Shown here one piece after another: positions 27,322 through 40,874 of a stretch of DNA of 64,000 nucleotides. The notes below the pieces were generated by a model. That model had not been told where the DNA came from. It made no database searches and was given only the letters and a program-made list of their open reading frames with translations. Source of the DNA: Lingula anatina. Taxonomy: Eukaryota > Animalia > Brachiopoda. The position numbers and the translations under genes were made by a program. Each line of letters starts with the position of its first letter. The first letter of the stretch is position 1. The stretch is from positions 62,102,788 through 62,166,787 of the forward strand of contig CM120640.1 in NCBI GenBank assembly GCA_051362555.1, read 5' to 3'.

Positions 27322-30300
27322 TGTAGGCCTGCGTTGTACCAGTACTGTACATACATGCACGTCGCATTTAATTACTATTTTCAGCATTGAACTGAGAATT
27401 TTTAGTGAATTAAAGCATTTCCTGTAATTGATTTTCAGTCCGTTATTTGATATCATATAATTGATATCATTTTGTTTGGTGCATATGCAAACACATGGAA
27501 CAATGACAAACATATTGACTTAAACGCATCTGTGAAAAATGGCCGACTTAGTGATGCCTCGGGAAAGAGCCTAACCGTCAACTAAAGAGAAACATTAATT
27601 CCTTATCCCACAAAACGTCTCTGGCTTAAATAGAATGCGCTTCATCCAGTATGACATGTAAAATTCTTAGCAATCCCTCCAGTAATTTTGAGAACAGTTC
27701 CATCGATCGAGGGGCATGTCATAAGTGTGAATGTTGTGCGCCTCTAGTACTAGATATCAAATAATTGACGCCAGCAATTTCTTCACCCTGGAGTTGAGTA
27801 GCTGATGAAAACTCGTTAGCTGAAGGAGAACCGTGTGATGGTGCTGGCTGAAGAAGTGAGTTTTAGTCTAATAAATTTTTTAACTCAGGGTGGTAATACC
27901 GATCTTCTGAGTATTCCAGATAACTCGAGTTCAGGCTCGCAGGATTCCATTACATTTCTGTAAAATTTCTTGTGTGCAAAGCCCCAGTGGGCCTTTTGTA
28001 TGCCTCACGAGGATGTTAGGATGATTATATCTTTGATTTAAATGAGGCTGCATTAAGCATAAAAAACTAAATCAAAATTAGATCGGCCGGGAAAAGCACT
28101 AAGCTTGTATCAGAAAAAGATATTGATAGCCGCCAAAACAGGCTCAGATTAATAATATTTCCGTAAAACGGTTTTGCATATGCTTGTTATAGTTTCACTC
28201 AATCTTGTAAAATATTTCAATAAAACGCAAAATAAAAAAAAACATGTTCACGCGATAAATATAACAGAAGCAAAAAGTGACATAATTTAAATCATAAACT
28301 GTAGTTTTTAGGGCATTTACAGCAAACTTTACACACATAAAACAATTGATAGATTTTCGTATGGCACGCAAAGGGAAATTTGTAGATATATGCCAATAAC
28401 TAGTTCTTACCTTAAACATGGTCATAGGTAAACTTAAAAGAAATACACCCCTGAGATTTCTGTTTTATAGAAAATAAAGTATGGAAAAGGGCAAAGGTTT
28501 AAAAAAATGAAATATTTCCAGACAATATATGCCTGATGCTTCTAACGCCCGTGCATGTACGTCATCCTCCGCCTATGTGTAGTGTAAGTGCTGTGTGGTT
28601 TTATAACTGATAATAGACTCAATGATGTTATATGAAATGATAACCGACAATCAAATAATCGACAATCAGCAGAGTAGAACATTATCACGCTCAGAAAAAC
28701 TAATCTACAGCATCGCTTTTTGGATCGTGACTGAAGAAAATGAGCATTTTTCGAAAATGTGCAATATATCAATGTATTACCTTTGTGGATTCCTACCTGT
28801 GTACTGTGTTACCTACATAAAATCATATTCAAAATCACGCCAAGTTAATGTGGATGCTTTTTCATTGCCCCATTACCCTTCAACGTGGATATATGCTATT
28901 CGATGTGACTACATCTTTCAATACTTAATGGAAGCCAGGTCAAGCTTGATAACAGAGAAGCAGCGTTTTTTGTACCCCTGCTGATTTGATCGTGGGTTGG
29001 AATAAATTTCCTTTATTTTGGTGCCCTAAACACTAGATCATGTGTTGCCTTAATATCCCTCTCTTACTTTCCCTTTGATTTTTATTTCTAATGTTGTAAA
29101 AAAATCAATCCGTAACAAGGAAGAAATCGAAAAACCAATCATAATCTAAAAATCCTCTTATTATCATCAGAGACGCTGCAGGAAAAAGGGTGACGACTCC
29201 ACCGAAGGATACTAAGCATATGGGCGCCAAAATAATGACAATTTCACAAGAAAGTTATAAATCAAAAATATCTCTGCTTCTATAGCACCGCCATGATCGA
29301 CCACATGAATATTATTGGATAGATAATATTATATTATCTATCCACTTTCGTTTTTGTTTTTTACACTATTTTCCAATCTTAGCCCAGCACACTGTAAGGG
29401 CCAAAGTCATCGTGTCCTATATTTGCAGTCCATTGTTCTACTTATTCAAATAGATGTAAATGACTACATCGATAAAGTCAAAGCTGCAAGCATAGACTTA
29501 AAATCAAAGGATTGTCACCAAACTTCCAAAAGTTATCAAAATCATTATCAACACATCCGGCGTGTTTAATCTAAACGTGCGAATCAATTTTTTTCAATAA
29601 TTTGATAAATATTGAATTCTAGCGTAATTGTCCGAATGAATAGTGGAGGTGACATATTGGGTATGAAGTATTGTCAGTCCTAAAGCAATTGCCCATAAAT
29701 TTCTTCCAGCCATTGGGTGAACTGGCTCACTGGATGATGTAAAAGTGCTTGTTGAACTGGAAATCATGTGTTCTTTTTTTAACAACAGATGTGTTTTATC
29801 TCAGTTCATGGGCGAATCTCCATGAACAGTATCTTAAAAGTTCTTTTCATCTATCGCTGCATACTTTCAGTAATCAACTTTAGTAATATTTTGCTTTATT
29901 AGCAAAAAGAAGATATTTGGATTTATGGTTCTTTTTGGTCAAATTACACCTCCATTAGGCTCGCCTTTGGTTTTGACAACTTGGCAGCTTTCTGTCTTAT
30001 CAAGATATGTGTCTAATATGTTTTACAGTGTATGAGCAGCGCATATTGTAACTTTTGATTAATTTATTGAAAGGAAATCGACATTCGAAAATGAATAAAT
30101 ATTTCAGTAAAATAAAAAAAATACTTGCAGTGGGGGTCATCAAGGTACAGTACAAACCCCTAAAAACACACGATAACAGTGGACAGGCAGTGAGTGCAAA
30201 CTATGTGAAATATCATTTATCAAGAGCAGTTAAATTCACTGTTTTAACTTAGCCACAGGTAAAACAAACCCCTACGCTACCCTTTCCTCGAGTGCACGGC

Positions 30301-32001
30301 CAATAGATATGTGCACTCAGTTAAACCGACAGCTCCTGTAATTATCTTTTCCCCCTAAACTTCAACTTGGACGTATGAATAAGTTCTACACCTGGCAAAA
30401 TCAAATAAGATGTAGCATTACCATATGATTATATAACTATAAACTACATTATCCAATGACTGTTGAAAAAGATCCATCTTGCGTAATAAATATGACGTGC
30501 ATACCAGACTTTGAAAAGCCTGAAGGTATATGATCTATTTGTCAGTTCAAAAATTTTGCCAGGCACATTTTTTCTAAGTAAAATGTACATGTGGCAATCA
30601 AATGCAAGAGGAAGAAGAACAAAAATTAAAATAAAATAAAAGCAAGCGCAGCTGTACGCACCGATTTGACTGCAATTGCAAGTGTGTTTTCAAGTCGCTG
30701 ATTATTTTCTACTAAAACAAGATACATTCAACTTTTATCAAAAATACGTAACATAAATAAAATGAAGCTTACCTTTGCTAGCAAAAAATGGCTGAGCACG
30801 ATCTATATTTACTATACCACACGATTTTATTTGGGAGAAGAGACAGACATAACAAATATTAGGCTCTACCCTTGAAGAAGCAAACGAGAGTTGACTGTAA
30901 ATATTTTCTTAGAAAGTTGTTTCGGTGTTCTTCACCCTAACTCTCGTCTCCCTAAAAGAAAGAAAGAAAGGATCAGAAAAAAAGAAAAAGAAACTACTAC
31001 TTCTGCAGTCATCAACATGACAAAGACAGATGCACCTCCAATTACTAACTTTAAAAAAACTACTAATCTTTGGTCGTGCCTTATCTGTAGACACTACTGT
31101 AACTTCAAGTTTTATGACTCTGGGATTGTTTGTTAAATAAAAAAGGGAATGTATGAAATAATATATCGGTATAATGACTCTCTGCACATTCACGTCGCTA
31201 AGCGTATTCAGATTGACATGTGTGCACAGCGTATTTTCTAAGTTCACGGTTGAAACACGTAAATAAAATAAGATAGCACAACTCGTAAGTTAATTTATCT
31301 TTTAATAAATATAGAGGTATATTTGACCTTAGATTTGCGTGACATCTGAGGAATAGGAGTCAGACTTCAGTACCATTTAGTGTTCACTTCAAAAGACAAG
31401 AATTACCCGACACGCATGTAGGCCTAGTCTGTGTTTTGGTTTAGTATATCGTGCTGCCTTGGTATAATATCTTGACAGAAGCGGTGGACTCTAGTTTTAT
31501 AGCTAAAATAAATTATGTTTATGGTAGAAGTGTGATGGAAACACCCCTTCAATGCAAATACATATCAAATGCCATTTAAAGACAAAATTTTCTTGTGCGA
31601 TTTCACTTGTCTAGCAGGCATAGAAGCGATAGTTTTGGTAGACAGTGACATCAATTCAGTAACCATTCTTTGCTAGTCTTAATTTCACTTTGTGATCAGA
31701 TCGATATAGACATTAGCACGGGTAAGTTTTGAGCTCACCGATGGCCAATTTATACAGAGTTGGCGGAGTGCGCCTTGACAGAACACTAGTGTAAACGGAA
31801 AATACTTCACAGCCCTTTGATATTTATTGCTGGAATTCGCTCATGTAGATGTCTGTATTTTAATTAGTGAAGCAATTGATGAAGGTCGTATACTGTTGCT
31901 TATAAAGTATTACGCAGGGCTCTTTAATCAACCTGCCATCTTATATCAGTGCATTGTCAATTTAGGTTACTTTGCTCACTACCTCATAATACCTCTTTTT
32001 G

Positions 32002-32038
<37 letters not shown>
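32002..32038. repeat. (CA)n microsatellite
   Basis: Direct reading. Confidence 0.95.
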
Positions 32039-32040
<2 letters not shown>

Positions 32041-33318
32041 AGCGCATTTAAACATGTTTCACACTGAATTTATAGAGACACCCTCTTTGGCGGGGTGGAA
32101 ACACAGAGAGTAACGCGAGGAGGTATGCCAATATACAAACGTCATGACACTCACAAGATGTTAAAGCAAATTTACAAGGAAATTATACAGAGGAAACACC
32201 TTTCGGTAAATCTCTTTTTGATTTTGGACACAGGATTGACATTTAACAGAAGGTATTATTTATCTTCCTTTTTTATTTCATAAACTACACGGAGGATATG
32301 CTTTTAATCCGGCAAATTCAAAAATCCAATAAACAAATTGCACATGGATATAATGACAGTGTGGTTACACTTAGGCAAACCTTTACGGAGCGAGGTTAAA
32401 TTAAATTGCATGCGGATAATTTGGTTTTGCTATCATTTCCGACATGAATAGTACATGTGTGTAAATCTTGGTTGTAATTCCTACAAAAAGATTAAAGTTG
32501 ATAAGGAATATTATTTTGTGGTTTTTCTTCGAAGTGTGTATTGCGTTGATTTTCGGTGAAATCATTAAAAGCAGTTTACACCTGGTGAAGTTCGAGGTCA
32601 AAACAAATGAAAGTTGTATGGTTGCTCAAAATAATTCTCTTGAGAAATCAATTTTAATGAAAAAATCTATCCACGAAGTGTTTGCGGTGGTATGTGTATT
32701 GGCCCAAGTCCAATTTCAGTGTCAGATGATGCGAAGGTATGCTATTCCGACAAAAATTTATCTTATCATTTTTAAATGTAAAGTACTATTTCCATGGTTT
32801 ATGCAGTGCCCGGTCTTGGAAGTAAGTTGTCGATGCATTTAACTTTTTTTAAAAATAATGTCAAACACTGAGAGTTACATCTTAGTCAATGTGCTTAAGA
32901 TCTTTAGTCACTGAGTTAGCCAGTGCTAGGATCCAATATTGGGACCAGTTAAGTTAAAAATACTTTTACACCTCGCCTTCCATGTCAATGGAAATTTGGA
33001 CATTAGAAGAGTGTCACTGACTCGAATCGTCACCAAGCGCAGACCGTCTTTTTAGTCATCCTGATTGTCGATGCCATCTTAACGTAAAAATGAGTCTAGT
33101 AAACATATTACCATATTAGCAAAGCTGCATTTTGCTTTCTTGCCACGGCAGTTCCAGCACGGCCGCACTTTCACCATCTTAAATAATTTTTCAATAAAAC
33201 ATACTTTTTTTTCAATATTTGTATCATACTGAGTAAAGCGAGCACAGCAAAAGATTTCTTAAGAGTAAAATTCGAACTTAACCTTCTATCTCCTTTATGC
33301 AATATATATTTTTGTTAA

Positions 33319-33450
33319 ATTATCAGGGATTTTGACGCTCCCCAATGGGTCGAGAGCCATATTGACCTCTCTCCTTCAGAGTCGGTCAGTTATAGCAGCT
33401 TCGGGTCGACTATAGCCCAGAGATGACCTCAATTATAGTAAATAATTGTA
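33319..33450. mobile_element. Crypton-like non-autonomous fragment
   Basis: gagccatattgacctc...gagtcggtcagttatagc...tcgggtcgactatagccc resembles the palindromic ATATTGACC...GGTCAATAT core of Crypton-type MITEs. Recognised from memory only. Confidence 0.3.
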
Positions 33451-36155
33451 TATAGACGGAGGATGACATTCTGATCAAGGAACCTACTCGAAATCTGAGT
33501 TACATTACTCCGGTGTCCATTGATTTACCGAGACAGTTATCTGAGCTATTTTTTTCCCGGTTTTATTATGACATTGAAGTAAGCATTACATGTTATGAGA
33601 AAATGTTGTCACATCAAAAATACATCGGGGCGAATTAGCGAAATCGAGCTGATGACAGTGTTTTGAGGGTGAAAATTGTAATATCGTTTTCAAACAGATC
33701 TTCACTTGAACAGCCACGGCAATGAGTACAACCCGGTGCCAAGAAATTTTCTTGAAATGCTTACTTTTGATTTATCAGTAAAGAAGAGGCGACATAATAG
33801 TCGTCAACCATGCCGATTTTCATTATTATACCCTACTTAGTTACAGTTAAGTCATTAACTTACACCATTTTACAAAACAGCATGATTAACGATTGGCCAC
33901 TCTATCTGCAGGAGCGCGCGGGGTGGTGAAAAAAAAAGGACTTTTTGCTGTGAAAGTGTTTATTCTTATTGCGCTAATGGTACGATGAGTATTTCACATT
34001 AAATCATATACTTAAAAAAATGTGGGCCTTTATAAGGTATCGTACCCTCCTCAAGTTGCAATTGCAATTGATAAATGAATAAAAAAGAACGATAATGAAA
34101 AAAAAAAAAAACAGAAATGAGAAGATAAGCAGTCTACTTACTCCCCATATCTATTAGATATATTAATACAGTATCGCTCTGCTGCTCTTTCCACTGAGAC
34201 CGGGAATCTTTAGTTGTTTGATGAATGGAATGGAATTGGCCTGACTTTGAAACCATCAATGGACTCATTCATAGGGCTGTTTTTTTTTATTTCAATAATC
34301 AACAAATCAATTAAAAAGAATTATCAATTGACGTCAGTAAACTTTGAATCCGAACCAATGCCGTGGCAATCCCACTGGAACTCCGGTTAGTTAAGATTAG
34401 TGACAATTTAATTGGCTTGACTCGACTCTCAGTTACTTAATGTTCAAGACCGATCGATCAATCTTGTTTTTAAAGATCAAAATGTTATAGAAACAAACAC
34501 ATTAGACAACGTTATTGATCCAGCCATTTGTGAACATGTTTGAAGCAAAGCCGTAGAATAGTTGGGTTTACGGTTTCTGCCCCGGTGACGGGAAAGACAA
34601 AATTGACAGCTTTATGTGCAGATCCACAATTTATTGTAATTTTTTTTGTTTTGTTTTACTTTTGAATAGAATGTGTTAAAAATAAACTAAACAAATTTGA
34701 TAAGCTAAAGCGACATGAGCAGATTCCATTAGTAACGACGATACTCTTACACATAGTTTGCAGCCAATTTATGTTGTCGGTTTTGCTTTTGAAAGAAAAG
34801 TTTTTTTATATTTTTAAGATCAAAATAAAGCCGTTTGTTATTCATCAGCATCTTTTTAAGATATTTTAACTGTGTTGGTTGTAAATTAAATATAAAAACA
34901 ACAGAATGTATGACAACACATTGCAATGAATTTGGTTCGGAAAAAGAAAAAGAATCAAATACTTAAAGACAAAACTTAGTCTGGAAAAGGTGGTGTTGAA
35001 GCTAGATATTACAAAACTAGAAAATGTACGGTATCTCCGTTCGTCTGGGGAATGTGGGACCAATAACCAGCCCACAAGTACTAGTCTGGCACCAGCATAA
35101 AGTCTCCAATAAACGTATACAATCATCGAAGTGAGTGGTTGTGTTGGATAACGACGGTTGGCATTGTAGGTAGGGATAGTACAGCATTGTACTGAGAGCA
35201 GGTTGCAAGTTAAACTCGCCGTGAACGTCACTGAAGAAAAGAGACTCGGTTAGGGCGGCGCCCGAGAAAGTCGATTGCATCAAAACTAGTGCAATATTCA
35301 AACAGATCATCCACCCACAACAGCTAATGTTCCGGTGGGAGTTAAAACTGGCTGCGGCCGCCGACTTCAATGCACAGACCATTAAAGTTTTTTTCCCCAG
35401 GAATAAAAAGTATAAATTTGAACAGTGTAATTCATCAATATATCATGCGCTGATGCCAAAGGTTATAACTCCCTCGGCTGCTCGATTACCTGTCTTAGTG
35501 CAAGGTTCTGATGGCTCCCAGGTCTCCCAGACTCCCTTGCCTTGTAGAACAGAATTTGTTTTATGATAATTTGCACTTTTTTTTCAACCTAACCATCAGC
35601 CAAGTAATCACAGGGAACCCTTCCATTGGGACATCTCTAGGCTCTATAGGCTTATTGAAAGAAGTTTCAAATATCCGATTTTTGTTACGTTTGCAATTAA
35701 TGTGCATTCAGCATCACACTTCAAAGATTTATCCTTCCGTTGAAAAGTGCAGCAGATGTCATTGTTCGTAATTTCATTGCATTTTTAAGGATATCGCATG
35801 ACACCGGCAGTAAATGTGTTACTGATTGTTTCAGCACTACCGTACGTTTCATTTGAAGTTCCAAGAGGAATGAAAAATGCATAATGTAGTTTTACAAAAG
35901 ATTTAATTTTGGCACGTTTTCAAATTGATATAAATTGTGCTTAGAAGGTTATGCAAAAGTAATCTACCACTAACACTTCAGCAAGCCAAGCATGCTTACA
36001 AGCACTAATGAGGAGCGCATTGGTTTTTGCCCCTTGTTCTAACACGATCAGTAATAGAAAATCAATTTATTTAGAAAGCAAGACTTGACACTGTGTATGC
36101 ACTTTCCAGCGCATCCAATCCTCGAAACGAATTGGGCGTTCTACATCTTTTTAAG

Positions 36156-39100
36156 TAGTCCGTGGGCCAAATACCGAAACCCTCCCCCCCCTTAGTGATT
36201 TTCGTTCACTATGTTTTTCTGATAGCTTAGGTCCTTAGCTTTTATTTTCTGCTTGTTTGCCATTAAACTGGTGGTGGGTGTGGGTGCTACAGCCGTTGCC
36301 ATGGTAACACACGGGTTAAAAATTGACATTTCTGAGCCCAACAAAATCTAAAATATTTCAAATACATAAACTAAATAGAATTCAAAATCGTTCTAGACAT
36401 GTAGTCTAAGATGTGCACTATACCTAACGATGAACAAAATTTTCCAAGATAGCGGCAAATCCAAGATGGCGGCCAATTTTTGCTGTTTTTTCAGAAATTT
36501 GGATAATTTTTAATTTTTTAATTCTTATTTAATTATTAAAGAATTGCAATATCTGGGATATTTTGATGCACCAGTGTAGCATGGAATCTCTACTTTCTGC
36601 CTGTAGTGTTTGTTCAAGGTGCAATCTTTTTATTGAGATGAAAAATCCTGAAATCCAACATGGCTGCCACAAAACAAGTCTTTTACATGTAGCTGTCCTG
36701 TCTGGAAATATGACAGATTTATCATCCCAAATTAAGTTCTTCATTACTTTTGGTGCACTGAATATAAAAACAGAACCCTTTTCAATTACTTGACTTAATT
36801 TGGATTACAGTATGGCTTTCAAAATTCAAAATGGCCGCCAATGACCGTGAATTTACATCTTTGTAACCAGTAGACTAAAATATGACAGCAATATTCCTAA
36901 TTTAAGCTTAAGTTTGGATGAATACTTATGTTTTAATAGTGCTGATCACTACTAGATGTGTGGTCATGCAAAATGATTAAAAAAAAGAAAGATCAAATGG
37001 TCAACAATAACCTAGACTAGATAAAAGACCTATAATACCCCCCCAATAAATGCAAGTCACTCACATTTGACCTAAGAAATCACACAAAGTTTCATGTACA
37101 TGCTAATCACTCACATTTGACATGGGAAAGAATACTTTTGAGTTGAAATACTAATGTATTCTGTCGCATTTGAAAGAAATGGCTTTCAATGAGTATAGGG
37201 GACTATATATTTATGGTCAATATGATACACTCTTGCTAAAAAATTGATAGAAAATTATATTCCAAAAGAATGTTACTTAGATTGATTTTATTAACCTGAA
37301 TCCCCCTTTAGCGACTTTTATTTACTATTATATATATCGCTTACATCCTAAGATCCCATTTTCTGCTTGTTTTCTATTCAATTAACCCAGCCATTGCCAT
37401 ACTAACACAGGGGTTCGAAATTGACATTTCTGAGACTAAGAAAATTTCATACATTTCAAATATATTAACTTCAACAATAATGTAAACTTAAGAAGACAGC
37501 TGTATTCGTGGTATGATGGCAAAACATTCTTTGAACATCCAAGATGATGTGATTTTTTTCAAGATGGCAGCAATATCAAAATTGCAGCCGGTTTAAGCTG
37601 ATTTCTAAACCTGTTTCTACTGTAAGTAACTAACGTTGAAAATTTAATAAATTTAATGGGATCGAGAAATGTTAAGTATTTTGATATCCATATGGTATTT
37701 AGTCTTTACTTACGGCTTATAGTGTTTGTTATTCCTATAATTATAATTTTAAGAACAAAAAAAAAAACTTGAAATCCAAAATGACCCCAACAAATCCTGG
37801 GTGATTTACTTTGGTATATATTACTGTCCTATTAAACTTCTAATATTGTATATTGTTCTCCGAAATTGCCTTCTTTTATTCTTTTGTATTTGTTACTACC
37901 TTTTAATGTATTGAATTTGAATAATATGAAGCCAAGATCGTGAACATTTGTAATAACTCAATATGGTCTACAAGTATTTAAATTATCGTGCGGTAGATGG
38001 CTGAAATTATTTGATCATCTCTTACCATCTATTGGGCAAGTTGAATGACACAAAATAGTCTGATTTTGAGTGAAAGGCAACTAGTTTGCAAATATAGATG
38101 GCGATTTTGCATTTCTATAAATTATATTTTAAGTAAAATGTTATAAAAAATTAAATTATATATTCAGTTGAAGTTAGTGGATATATTGATTTTTCCAAAA
38201 CGTGGATATAATTTTACCTCTCAAGCAGTTTGAAGCTGAGTTATGGCATATACATGTAAATGTTTTATTCCATTTATTCATATAGATATACCATCTTAGA
38301 TTGTAACAAAAACTCAGTTTCAGAGGTAAAAGCAAATTTTAATTGGCTTTCCAGTGAACATTCTTCATGAAAAAAGACTACAGCCAAGACATTTCATCCA
38401 TTTCCAAAAAGCCTTAATCCTAAATATTTAACTAAATATGGACAAGTGTTTCCGTGAAAGCAGTGTAGAAAGGGCATATTTGATTATAATTAATTAGAAT
38501 TTAGAATTATTTGTTTGTTGCACTGTTTAATATTATTGCAGCAAAATTCATACCTGCACTGTCATGGCCATTTGTGGCCATGGTGAATTTTGGAATAGCC
38601 AAGTAAATATAATTTGGCTGAAAATGAATAGAAATGATTTATATTTAGATAATATCCTAATAGGTTAATTCAGTTTATCAGAAAGAGCACAAGAGGCATT
38701 TTGAAACGAAAATGTAATATATATTCGGTCAGCACAGCAATATGTATGAACCCTGTTTTGTGATGGCCACCATGGGTTTTAGGTTTTATTACACTTACAA
38801 AAGAGGATATAGGAGTAACAATCACTGTAAACAGTAATTATGCAATTCTGTTCATATCAGCATATCCAAAAACCTAACATTTTTCAATTCCAATGCTGCT
38901 TTCAAAGTTTACAAAAAGCTACTTTCAGTAATAAGAAGAAAATTAACATAAATCTATCGTCATCTTGGATTGGCTGTCATTTTGGCAATTTAACTACGAT
39001 AATTTTTTCAAATAATTTTGTTGATAACTGAGGTCCAAGTCTAATTTTTTTAAAAAGTTTACAATACAGCGAGATCATATATTTGAAATACATGGCAATT

Positions 39101-40751
39101 TAAAGGTCTCAGAAATTATAATTTTTAAACCCCTGTGTTACTATGGCAACAGCTGAATCTGTCACACCTTTCACCTATTACATGGCAAACAAGCAGAATA
39201 TTTGAACTTAGGGCCCAAGCTATCAGAAAATCATAGTAAAAAAAAATTGCTAATAGGGCTGAGCTAGCTTGAGTTTATTAACTTTTATTTTGTATTGGAA
39301 TAATGTATTATATCATTTCATGTGTAAGCAAATTGGCGGTCATTTTGAATTTCGAATGTCATAATGCAATCTGAATTAACACAATTTATAGAAAAGGGTC
39401 CTAGGTCCATATTCAGTACACCTAAAAGTAATAAAGAATGTAATTTGGGATGATTAATGTGGCATCTTTCCAGTTAGGACAGCCGTATGTAAAAGACATG
39501 TTTTGTGGCAGCCACCTTGGATTTCAGGATTTTACGTCAAAATTAAAAGGTTACATCTTCAACAAGCACTTTAGGCAGATAGCAGAGGCTTTTTACCATT
39601 ATGGAACATCAAAACACATGCCACATTGCAATTTCTTAATAATTAAATAAAAACTCAAATATAATAAAATTCCCAAAATTATTAAAAAATGAGCAATAAT
39701 TGGCAGCCATCTTGAATTTGCTGCCATCTTGGGACATTTTGATGACTGTAAAGTATAGCACACTTCTTAATTTACACATCTGGTATAATTGTGAATTCCA
39801 TGATTTTAAATGCATTTGGAATATTTAATTTTTATTTTTGGTCTCAAAAATATTAATTTTCAACCCCAGACATTACCATGGCAACAGCTCTGTTACTCAT
39901 ACCCACCACCAGGTTAATGGCAAACAAGCAAAAAATAAAAGCTAAGGGCCTAACCTACCAGAAAATAATAGTAAACAAAAATCACTAATGGGACTAAGTT
40001 GGTGGGAGATAATTTAAATTAATATTCTGTTGGAAGAATATATTATATCAATTTTAGCCAGTGTGTATAAGCATATTGGCGGCCATTTTGAATTTTGAAA
40101 GTCTTAATGTAATCAGAATTAATGCAAATTGTTTTAAAAAGTCCTAAGCTCGAATTCAGTTTATTAAAAGTAATAAAGAATGACACTTTGATGATAAATC
40201 TGGCATCTTTCCAGTTGGAACAGCAGACTTATATTTTGGCCACCATTTTGGATTTCAGGATTTTACAACAAAATTAAAAGGTGTCATCTAAAATAAATAC
40301 TGTAGGTAGCAAGAAGAGGTTGTATGCTATTCCGGCGCATCAAAACATATCCCACATTCTTATTCCTTTATTATTGAATAAAAACTCAAATATGAAAAAT
40401 AATTGAAATTACTCAAAAATTAGCAAAAATTGGCCGCCATCTTGAATTTACAGCCATCTTGGAATATTTTGAGGATCATAAAGTATAGTGCAGCTCTTAA
40501 ACTATACATCTGAAAGGATTTTGAATTCCATTCACTTAACACATTTGAAAAATTTAATATTTTTTTGGTCTCAGAAATTTCAATTTTTTATCTCAGACGT
40601 TACCATGGCAACGGCTGTAGCACACACACCCACCACCAGTTTAATGGCAAACAAGTGGAAAATCAAAGCTTAGGACCTAAGCTATCAGAAAAACATAGTG
40701 AACGAAAATCACTAAGGGGGGGGAGGGGGGTCTACATTGGCCCATAGACTA
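36156..40751. mobile_element. Non-autonomous foldback DNA transposon, Academ-like (TAG...CTA termini, 3-bp TSD AAG, long TIRs with subterminal tandem units)
   Basis: Left aag|TAGTCCGTGGGCCAA...; right ...TTGGCCCATAGACTA|aag. Arms are nearly identical for about 150 bp and recognisable for about 690 bp. The right arm is repeated with a period of about 730 bp (ccatggcaac-like motif near 39140, 39876 and 40603); a second left-type copy lies at about 37290-37800. No transposase ORF. Confidence 0.8.
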
Positions 40752-40868
40752 AAGGCAGTGACTTTCCTTCAGCAATTTCTGAAATTACGAAAATGCTCGA
40801 CAATATACAAAAATATAACTCACATTTGAAATCATCAGTTCATAAACACGTTTTTCTTTAACAAGCAT

Positions 40869-40874
40869 TTTATT
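40869..40874 (-). terminator. Candidate polyadenylation signal for metaxin (AATAAA on - strand)
   Basis: TTTATT about 1 kb past the metaxin stop codon, just before the foldback transposon. Confidence 0.45.

Noticed and set aside
27795-27870. CTGATGA motif with flanking inverted repeat, considered as a hammerhead ribozyme
   Set aside because: No correctly placed GAAA core or closing stems; other CTGATGA sites (about 11359, 17694, 25285) also fail.
26700-36100. Numerous 60-125 aa ORFs in the intergenic stretch
   Set aside because: Low-complexity, AT-biased translations without domains or coherent splice structure; expected by chance or from repeat debris.
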